A DNA stretch of 64,000 nt from Octopus vulgaris (taxonomy: Eukaryota). The DNA lies in the NCBI GenBank assembly GCA_951406725.2, contig OX597815.1, positions 83,948,001 to 84,012,000 on the forward strand, read 5' to 3'. The notes beneath the pieces were generated by a model. The model was given only the letters and a program-made list of their open reading frames with translations. It searched no databases and was not told the DNA's origin. Positions within the stretch are counted from its first letter, which is position 1; every line of letters starts with the position of its first letter. This document shows positions 53,839 through 64,000 of the stretch, in pieces. The position numbers were made by a program, and so were the translations under genes.

Positions 53839-54230
53839 AAACTTAGATAAAATTAGATTTGTCTCGACTAAAGATTGGTCCAGGCCATGTCTAACTTAAT
53901 ATCACCACCTGATAGGATTATCTAAACCCTGTTTAAATCCAGTTTTGTTTATGGTCTATTCAAGTAGTGAATTCTTGTTGAGTGAGTAGTATCCAGGTAT
54001 GGTTGACTTATCTGGTATTCCTTGAAGAAATCTGTCCACACTCCGTTTAAAGGTGATGGAATCCTTTTCCTCTTTGATCTCTTTCGGGACAAGGTTAAAC
54101 AGGGCAAGGCCTGCTGAGGAAAAGAAATTGTGTCGCAGTGCACCTATATGTTGTGATCCTAAATTGGGAAGGGGACGTATAGCCCGTGGTCTCAGCCTTG
54201 GATGAAACTTAAAGTAAAATTGAAAGGTAT
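53838..54230 (-). mobile_element. CR1/L2-group LINE 3' end
   Basis: GLALFNLVPKEIKEEKDSITFKRSVDRFLQGIPDK...KNSLLE plus the 3' UTR shared with 19498-19668. Confidence 0.88.
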
Positions 54231-55217
54231 CGCACGACTGAAAATATATAGGGAAGAAGATTTGAAAATGCAGAAGTCTTTTAAAGATGTTTATTGATTT
54301 GACTGGTTTCACTTCTTTTGAAAAAAGGATTTTCAAAAGTAAAGGGCAAGGCCTTGTGTACACTTTGTGGTGTTAAAAATTAGTTAATATAGATGTATTA
54401 AAATAGAGTTATAGAGTCTTTGAAAATGATAAGAAAATGTTAAAAGATGCTTTGTGCTTAAACAGTTTACATAAAAGTGTTCAATATAGGCAGTAAAATA
54501 AGTTCATAATTGTTTATAAGTTCACCAGAAATCATAATTGTTTGTAAACATATACAGAAAGAATTTGTAGACAGTGTTTGATAGGGGAAAGCGTGTATTG
54601 CTTTGTCAGGTGCCAATGAATCTTACATCCACAGCATTTTTCAGTAACGCAGTAATGTTGAGGCAATCCTTTCAACGTGTATGCCGATTATATTACCTTC
54701 AGAAAGTTTCCTGTTATTTATTTTATAGATGTAGGAATTATCCAAATTTATTTAGGTTTAATTTGAACTAGTAACGTAATGGGAGAAGCTAAATTCCTAC
54801 CACACAAGACTCCCTTCGAGTCTCTGGCGATTTTACCAACATCCCTCTATTTTTTAAAACATTTGATATGCTACATACTTATAACTACGTTTAAAAATGT
54901 TTGCAAAAACTATATGTTTAGCCATCTAGCCTAGTGATTTGGGTGTTGGGTTCAAGATCGTTAATCGTGGGTACGATTCGTGAACCCAGAAGCGTTGTTT
55001 CCTTGGATAAGGCGCTTTATTTCATGTTAATTCCCTTTATATAAGTAAAGACCAGTGCCAGCTGATATCTAGTGCAAATTTGGTTTCCTCTAGATATCAC
55101 TTCCTACGTGACCTACTGGATGAAGCACCTGAGGGTCCAGAGTGTGCACATATCTTCTCACAACTACATAGGCACCTAAAATAACTAGCAACATGCTGCT
55201 GCATTCTGTCAGACCAA

Positions 55218-55310
55218 GCTTCTGAAGAAGAGCGTAGGCTCGAAACGGTAAAGACATCTTTCATTCTTCCTGACTGTTAGACTAATACTCCCTGTTTATT
55301 GTTCTTTCAC
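55218..55310 (+). mobile_element. HHR repeat family C, copy 2 (HHR 55218-55254)
   Basis: CTGAAGA-A-GAGC-GTAG-GCTC-GAAA-CG-GT-AAAGA: core intact, triplet mutated. Confidence 0.7.
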
Positions 55311-55362
55311 AGCGTCCTGTGAAAGAACTGTATTTTTGACCATCTGTGTGTGCTTCTGTACA

Positions 55363-55408
<46 letters not shown>

Positions 55409-55703
55409 GATGTATGTATTTCATTATTCAGTTGTTTTTTTTATGTATGTATATGTGCAGTTTTGTAAATTTTGTTTTATGTATATATTCTCAGTTATAT
55501 AGTTGCAAGTCTACACATGCTCATATATATACTTAAATGGTAAACTTCTGGAAAGCTTTACAGATTTTTACAGTTCCAGTGATAGCTTGAATCTATCGTC
55601 TTCAAATCAGCTTTTGAAAAGCCTAATTCCTCAAAATTGGTATTTAGGCAGTGAGTTAGATATTCCAGTGTATGTATGTATGTATTACGTATGTATGCAT
55701 CAG

Positions 55704-55765
<62 letters not shown>

Positions 55766-57130
55766 AACCTATCCCTATAAATAAATGTCTGTGTGTACTA
55801 ATTATTCACCATAGATGCATGTTAGAAGGAAAACATGCTCAAGTTACGTAGCAGTATATGCGCATTTGCATAGTTACAATTATCTTATCATTCTGTTGGA
55901 ATAATATTGATGTGTCTTTTATGTTCATTAACAAATAAAAAAAAAGTGGTGGAGGGACTTCAGAAATTGAATTTAAGTTAATTCAAAATAAAATAATTTC
56001 TTAGAATAAAAATTACAAATAAAATCAATAAAGGAGATAATGCAGTCTTACATTCACACATATAGACCAACAGAAAAACATTTATTGTTCTCGCACAGTC
56101 ACATAGGGATACATACATTGACACACACGCACACACACACAAATAAACACACAAACGCTTACATACACAGACATACGTACATTGATGCATATCAATAAAT
56201 ACTGAAAAACATATGCATTCTTCTAGGACCATACAGTCGGACATACAGAAACAGCAAGAGTTTCACGTCCAGTAAAGCATAATGGGAGAGAGATATGTAC
56301 ACACATATACATATATACAAGCAGATGCAGAGCCGTGTGTACACACACGCGTACACATATATTTACATGTCTATGCATGTATATATGTGTGTGTGTGTGA
56401 GAGTTCGTGTGTGTGCGTGTGTGTGTGTGTATATATATGTGTGTGTGTTTATAAATATGTATATTTGTGTTTGTGTCTGTGTGTATATATATATCTATAT
56501 ATGTGTATGTGTGTATACACACACATATATGTATATATATATATATTAAGTACATAAACATGAACATATGTAATATTACCATATTCACTTGAATGAAACA
56601 CACATCTATTAGAAACACAGAAACATTTAGAATCATAAAGGTACACAAATAAGTGATATGTCATATGTAATATAATACGTAGAGAAATATAGTTTAAAAC
56701 AAACTCACACACACACACGTCACCATCACACACACACGTACACACACAAACACAAACACGCACACAAACACACAACACAACACAAACACATATTCACACA
56801 TTTTTTAGGTATATACTTAAATACATAAAAGTAAGATTACCTAATCTACAGATATATAATATAATACTTAGACGCGCAGAAATACATACATATTACAAGC
56901 TTTTAGCAATTGTATAAACAAGCATTTGTTACACACATTCATACAAACTGTTACACTTTTGAATACTGAGAGACAAGAGAAAAAAAAAGCAAACACTTAT
57001 GCTAACAAATACACAAATACAGACATAAAGAGAGAAAACACACATATACACATACAAACACACCAATACGGACACACAGATAAAAATATATTTACACTCT
57101 AACAAATAAACATACACATAACGAATACAG

Positions 57131-57186
<56 letters not shown>

Positions 57187-57779
57187 GCAATACCACCTAC
57201 AACCAATTAAACACACACAAAAATACGGTTAGACAAGCAAACAGCAACTCATATCACATGAAGATCCTCTCTCTCTCCCTCTCTCTCTCAAACACACATA
57301 CACACACACACTCACACACTCACACGCACACACAGACATGCATACGCAGTCATACATATATTTGCGCAAACTATTCCATCCACAGACATTCATCGAAAAA
57401 TATGGTTTAAATTTGTTCTATTATTAATTCGCCCAACCCTTATCCCTACCACCGTCAAACCATCAAAATAAACATTAATATTTTTTGTGTGTGTGTGCGT
57501 GTGTACATATGTGTGTGTGCGTGTGTCCCTTATGTGTGTATATGTGTGTGTACGTGTGTACATATGTGTGTGTGTGTGTGTGTTTTGTTGATTTGTTTTG
57601 TTTTCAAACTGTCCTTCAGCAGATACAAGAGATACAACAGATTTAAACAATCAAATAATGGTAAAATAATGAAAAAAATAAATAAATGAAAGGAGAAAAC
57701 TAAACTAAAACAAACCAAAAAATACTACTTTGTATTTGTTAGTCAAATACAAATATCAAAGGATGCACAAAGACAACAA

Positions 57780-58075
57780 TACTGCCGCTGCTGCTGCTGG
57801 TGATGATGATGATGATGATGATGATGATGTTTCTGGCACTAGAGTAAATTGTAGTTTTGGTGCTGGTTGTGGTGTTAATTGTATTGTTCTGGGGAGATGA
57901 TGGTAGTATTGGAATGACGCCTACGACGACGGCTACGGCAGTTATGTTGATGAATGTTGGTGGCGGTGTTAGTGAAGGTGCTGATGCTAGTGGTGGAGAT
58001 GACAGCAGTGGTTGTGTGACAATGGCGATGTTGAACACAACAATAACGATCATAATGGAAATGTTGATGATACCA
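57780..58075. repeat. Degenerate trinucleotide low-complexity tract (GAT/GGT/GCT)
   Basis: Directly visible. Confidence 0.8.
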
Positions 58076-58587
58076 AAATAAGACTAGAATAATTGCTGAG
58101 CTAAATCTCACAATGTCGCAGGTTCTCGGTCCGGCTGAACATGGATGGAAAAAAATTGGTTGCAATGAGTGAGGAATACTAAAATATCTCTTTACGACAC
58201 ATCTCGGAAACTTTATGGCGGAAAACTCCTGAATACGGGTATGTCTCATATTTCCATCGGATAATGACAAGTAAAATATACAGCCATAATTTCATTCTAC
58301 AGTATACAGCATGTTTTTGCTATCGATGAAGATAAGCTTCTCTGATTTTTAAGGGAGAAATTGTCCCTCCTCTAATATTTGAAATGGGGAATGTTTTTTC
58401 TTGTAAAAGCTGTAGTTGTGAGTTTGAGTCAGAGAGGATGGTGGAAAATCCTGATTGATCTTTAGGTAATTGCAATTACCACATTATCACAGGTACGCTA
58501 TCAACTGTTCATGCAGCTCGTAGATGAATATTCTCAGCATAATGCGTTGTCTAACCTCAGGACTGATCACATACGATAGATTCTAGA

Positions 58588-58635
<48 letters not shown>

Positions 58636-59193
58636 TAGAGGCAGACAGAGAGATTGTTAGATAGAGAAAGAGAGAAAATAAAAACCCTACTAGTGAATGC
58701 TACACTTTATCTATCGAACTCGGGTGGGAGATGAAAGGGATATTTGACTTCTGAGTGATTTGAGTTTAGAGTGCTTGGTCTTTGTGTCCAACAATCTAAA
58801 AACGCTGTCAATACATAAATTCAACATCATATAAAAACTGCAATTGCAACATATTTGAGGAATTGCTGTTGTCTACCTCCAAAGCCAGCTTTAATTGACA
58901 AACAAATGCACGTCGAATCCACCGGTGTTGTGTTCATAATAAATTATAATTCCAAATATACAGAGATTAATCTATGGTGAGCAGTATGATCGACTGGAAT
59001 GCTGTAGAGTCTCTCTCCGTACACTTTACATCTGTACATTTATGCATTTTAGAGGTAGGTAGGTAGGTAGGTAGGTAGGTAGGTGAGGATGGAATCCGTC
59101 AAGCCATGACGGTTGCTGTTCATCTGCACTTATAAATGGTCGGGAACATCGTAATCCCGAGAAGGATAATAAAATTAGGTGTGTGAGTGTGTA

Positions 59194-59254
<61 letters not shown>

Positions 59255-60610
59255 GCGTATGTGCGGGTATACGAGGTATAAAATTATGTTGAAAATAAGG
59301 AAGAAGAGAACATGTGGGTTGTCGTTTTAACATCTTCCATCAGTAAATGGAGCTAATGAGTCAAGTGATGATGCGTTTATTTCTTTAGGTATGCTGTTTT
59401 CGTATGTTTCCTCTCAATTTGCAACGGTATATTTATTAAGATGCTGTTTAAGCCCTGTTATTGATGCCCCTGTATCGTGTCTGAATAACTTTTTATAGAA
59501 CTTCATGTTCTGTGTGAGATGAAGTTTTATCTGGCAAAATATTGCATTTCGTGAATTATAAATTATCGAAGTGTTGTTTTATAGATTACATAGCACTGAT
59601 CACGTAATAGATTGTTTGCTAACGTGTTTTGTGCTAACACTTAAAGACTTGAAATGTATTTTATGCATAAGTAGATATGCATAAGGAATCAATCATGTGC
59701 AGCATCCGATTATAGACTAATATGATAAGACGTCATTGTTATTGTAGTTGTTGCAGGTATTGCTGCCATTGTCGCGGTTGTAGTTTATATTGTTGCTACC
59801 TTCTGTTTAAATCGTAAGAAGTGTGGTAGTTGAGTGTTGTGTTCTGTATCCTTTTCATTTGGGGAGCGAAATATATGAGCTAGTGATACCAAAGTATAAG
59901 CCTAGCTAAACTGTTTGAGAACGTGTATAACAAACTAATGTGTCTGCACAATGCTAATTTACGTGAGCCTTTGTTGTGCTATATAATTACTACAGTTTTG
60001 TCCCTATAATGCTGTTAGCCAGTGTGTTCGATGCGCGCCGAAAACGAAACTGCGGACTGGATATATTCATTGAACATCTAAATATTGCTGACTTTTATTA
60101 CCACGTGTAGAACAGTTCCGCCTCCAATCACGAATGTCGGCTCGCCGCTTTCCTTTAATATGAAACATCAAAGTGGCCCTCTAATTATGGCGGCTATGAG
60201 AGAAACTGAAATAGGGTAGACACAATTAAGAAAACTGACCTCCGAGAATTCTTTTCCGGGCCAAACTAACATCATCATCTTCAAGTAATAACTGCGAAGG
60301 AAAGTAAGGATATAGAGTATGGTACTATCCTACAATAAACGTTAGAAAAATATGAAGGAGTGTGTTATTCCTCAGGAAACCTATACTGAATATGAAATTG
60401 TTGGTCAAAGACTGGAGTAAGAGAAAACAAAATGTGTCGGATTTCTTCTTTAACTATAGAGAGCAATGGTAGTTTTCAAATTTATTTTATTCATTCCATT
60501 TAAAACTATTTATAACACGCATGATCTATGCAAAAGCCATTACTTCGCGATTACTTCATTGTTATCTGTATGTTTATTCAGTTTTTGGTTGGTTAATTGT
60601 TTTTTGTAGG

Positions 60611-60700
60611 TTTTTAGGTTTTGTTTTTTATTATAGATGTTGTTGGTTTTTAGGTTTTGTTTTTTATTATAGATGTTGTTGGTTTTTAGGTTTTTTTTAT
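60611..60700. repeat. 36-bp tandem repeat, ~2.4 copies
   Basis: tttttaggttttgttttttattatagatgttgttgg is repeated exactly. Confidence 0.9.
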
Positions 60701-60919
60701 TGTGTTTTTTATGTTGTGTTTTTGGTAAAAAAAAGAAATGTCCCGCAATGATCAATTTTGTCGTTCATACTCTGGGGTTTGATAAATCATAATGCCAGTC
60801 AAATGCTAGGGTCTATGTAAATTGAAAAACTCCCACTTACACAAATGCCAGGTTTGTGCCTAAATCACTAAGTAACAAATCACTGTTTATTATTAATATG
60901 ATTATTGTTGTTGTTATTG

Positions 60920-61350
60920 TCAATTCACTACTCAGAGTTCTAGATTACATTTGCTCCGGCTAATTCTGTAAGAGCAGAGAGTAATCTGTTTTCAAGAGTA
61001 TCACATGGTCCTCGTCCACGATATTTAACATCCAAGTATCAGTTTCAAAATCCTCGCCTTCTCTGATAAAGCAGTTTTCTGAGCATGTTCTTTTCTCATG
61101 TCACCCTCAATTTCTCCAAGAAATTCCTGAAACCCGGATGTTAATACTCCCAGTGCCCCTACAAATATTGCAGTAACAGTTACTTTCTTCATTTCTCACA
61201 TTCGGACATTTTCATCTTTTAATGGCTACTTCTCAATCTTTCCTAGTTGTCTATCATCCACTTGTACATCTCCGAATAAGACAATATCTAAGCTCTTCGC
61301 TTACTTCATGATTTATCAATAACAACAATATCTGATCTCCGTGTAGCAAT
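60920..61350 (-). mobile_element. R4/Dong-like non-LTR element, restriction-like endonuclease relic
   Basis: RRSDIVVIDK...GKIEK...VTVTAIFVGALG...QKTAL...ARIL matches the RLE C-terminus; ends in an (AAC/AAT)n tract. Confidence 0.85.
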
Positions 61351-61391
61351 CACGGAATCTCACTATTTTACTATCCAATGAGATTCAGTGA

Positions 61392-61990
61392 TTGCGAGAT
61401 AAACTGTACATGTACCGAAGTGCCGTTAGCCGTGTTTGTCCGAGATGCGCGCAGGACGACGAGACGGTCCTTCATGCACGCGTCCAGTGCCTGAGCATCG
61501 CTGACCTATGGGTTTATGTCAAAAACTTGCTGCTGCATGTAAGACGGATTCAGCTATCAACTGAATCTATCGCAAAGATCGCCCCACCGCCTTCCTTTAG
61601 CCGGGAAGGAAAAACTGTTTTTATATGCCTGGTGGCCATGGCGAAAGAAGTGGTGTGGTGGACGAGATTAAAAGGACTGAAAACAAACACTTTTCTCTTT
61701 GGCCAATCTCAATTGCTTCAAGTTTCACTTGAAGAGAAAAATAAGGGTAGAGAGGGAAGTTCTAGTCAATTTACCCGGAGATGGATGAATGTGGCAAGAA
61801 TGATACGAGTGATCGGGCCTGCCCTGAGCATACACCTCTAGTTGGAAAGAAGAAAAGAGACAAAAATAAATGGTACCTGCTCCAAATGTCAGGATACCTA
61901 TGGTTTTTATGGGGGCTTTCCATGAGCAGTCCTCGAACATCTCATCCCTATTGAGGTTACACATTGCTGATCTCGCTTTTTAAAAAAATT
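61392..61990 (+). mobile_element. Tx1/L1-like LINE 3' fragment
   Basis: RDKLY...CPRCAQDDETVLHARVQC...AMAKEVVWWTRLKGL is homologous to 22809-23456; frameshift near the end. Confidence 0.9.
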
Positions 61991-62128
61991 AAATTAGTTT
62001 TGTTTACACGCAAAACACTCACAACTACACACACTCACACACACATTAATTTTGATTTGTCCTGCGCTCTCCATAACGTTTCTCTTCATGTAAACCCTTG
62101 TGGTTAATAAATATATTATCATTATTAT

Positions 62129-62349
62129 TGAGCTGGCAGAAACGTTAGCAGGCCGGGCGAAATGCGTAGCCGTATTTCGTCTGCCGTTACGTTCTGAGTT
62201 CAAATTACGCCGAGGTCGACTTTGTCTTTCATTCTTTCGGGGTCGATAAATTAAGTACCAGTTACGCACTGGGGTCGATATAATCGAATTAATACTTTGT
62301 CCTTGTTTGTCCCCTCTATGTTTAGCCCCTTGTGGGTAATAAAGAAATA
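62129..62349 (+). mobile_element. SINE family 1 with type B (Tx1-like) tail, well preserved
   Basis: gagctggcagaaacgttagc head, gagttcaaatt B box, and tail ...gccccttgtgggtaataaagaaata; sits inside (ATT)n. Confidence 0.92.
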
Positions 62350-62394
62350 TATTATTATTATTATTATTAGTAGTAGTAGTAGTAGTAGTAGTAA

Positions 62395-62479
<85 letters not shown>

Positions 62480-62493
62480 GGTGGTGGTGGTGG
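62350..62493. repeat. (ATT)n-(TAG)n-(TGG)n compound trinucleotide microsatellite
   Basis: Directly visible. Confidence 0.95.
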
Positions 62494-63210
62494 TACGGGG
62501 ATTGTCGTTGCTGATCCGGGTAGTTGATTTGGGTATGTTGCTAACAATAAGTCTTGACGTTGTGATGATGTGAATTCCATTGTGATATTGGGAACAATGC
62601 CACTGAAACGAAGTTTGTTTCATGATGACAGTTGTAACAGTGATAAGAGTGTTGTTATTGATGTCATTGTTGTTGCTGTTGTTGTTGTTGACGTTATTAT
62701 TACAGTTAGTCATAGTGGAGTTGATAGTTGTGATATCGTAGATGATAGATTAGGATGACGATAAAGCAGAAGAAGGGAAAATATGAATTGAAGAAGGTGA
62801 GGGTGTAGGAAAAGAAAGCTGGTAAGGCTGGGTGATGTTTATGGCGATAGTGAAATTATTGGTGAAATATCATAAAATATTGTGCTTTTGTTCCTGTCTA
62901 TCAGACAAAAAGAAGTTCCCTTGATTTAGATGTTTTCTTTTGCAATCTCACAAATAAAACTGATTGTCTTTTTGATGTCTTTTCTGTTTTCATAATTTTC
63001 AGAAACTTATTAAAATCAATGGTGTCTAGAAATATTCAAAGGAAAGGAGAACGGAAACAGACAAATTCTAACAATATTATCGGTAGAATAATCGATTTAT
63101 ACACACACGCGCGCACGCACGCATGCACGCGCGCGCGCACACACACACGCACACTCGAGGCAATCACCAAGTAAACACACGCAAAAACACATACACTCAC
63201 ATTGACGCAT

Positions 63211-63247
<37 letters not shown>

Positions 63248-64000
63248 CATTCATATACATACATGTATGTATGTATGTATGTATGTATATATGCATGTTT
63301 CTGTGTATAGCCTTATATATTTATATATATATATACATTTATTCATATATACATATATATGTATGTTTGTATGTATGTATATATACATATATATTTATTT
63401 TATATACTCTGTATATATATATATATATGTGTGTATGTGTGTGTGTATAGTATGCGTTTGTGTATGTAGATACGCACATACACGCCCACATATATACAGA
63501 GAGGGGGATACAGAGACAGCGAGGAAAAGAGAGATAGAGAGAGGAAGAGAAAGAGAGAAAGATGTAAACGGAACAACCTAATATATAGTACATATAACTT
63601 TAAGAGATGCCTTTCCTTATTCGTTACTTGAAAAAAATCACTGTAACATTAATATACAAAATCAGTATAAGATTATAAACTCGAATGAAAGGATCAATGT
63701 ATTTGGTAAAATTAACTTCGTTATTTCCCTGTTGTATACATTATATACCCGTAGGAATAATAGACCATCAGCCCAGCGTATCTATTTTCACGGTTCTGAG
63801 TCGATAATCGGTAATTTTTGACTTAAGTGTTAGAACCGGGATTTGGTTTGGATAATCGAAAATTTGTAATTCATATTTTGTCCAAAGTTTTACTCTCAGC
63901 TGTTTTCACTTCGTTTTCAAGAACACAATATTTGGAAGTTGTCTGAAAGTTTTGATTATGCAACCTTTAAATCTTGATCCGTTGGGGAGAGTGCAAACAG

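Noticed and set aside
58080-58280. GPAEHGWKK, reminiscent of a DNA-transposon-associated protein C-terminus
   Set aside because: Too short and degenerate to support a call.
60611-60700. CRISPR-like 36-bp repeats
   Set aside because: Contiguous copies without spacers in eukaryotic DNA, and no cas genes.
61994-62713. 239-aa poly-Thr/Asn 'mucin-like' ORF
   Set aside because: It runs through (TAG)n/(TGG)n repeats and an antisense SINE.

Overview
This is an AT-rich, microsatellite-saturated, apparently gene-free (intergenic or intronic) stretch of an animal genome. The tRNA-headed SINE families and the (TA)n/(CA)n/(GATA)n/(TATG)n density suggest an octopus or other coleoid cephalopod (inference, not verified). 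I found no host protein-coding exon I can support; almost all ORFs in the track are microsatellite read-through. Recognisable content is transposon debris: Tc1, mariner and maT/DD37D transposase relics, a hAT MITE, Tx1/L1-like, CR1-like, RTE and R4/Dong-like LINE fragments, degenerate Penelope-like (PLE) RT and GIY-YIG relics, and two abundant SINE families. The most striking signal is at least five short non-coding repeat families that each carry a minimal type I hammerhead ribozyme (HHR) with a palindromic stem III. One is a tRNA-headed SINE with an HHR tail (14.2-14.6 kb; fold-back copy with a 13-bp TSD at 39.3-39.9 kb). Another is a ~370-bp retrozyme-like monomer in tandem and inverted arrangement (45.7-46.5 kb). 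A second system is a Tx1-like LINE that shares its 3' tail with a SINE subfamily and appears to insert at a fixed site inside that SINE and into (GATA)n. All analysis was by eye; element boundaries are approximate.
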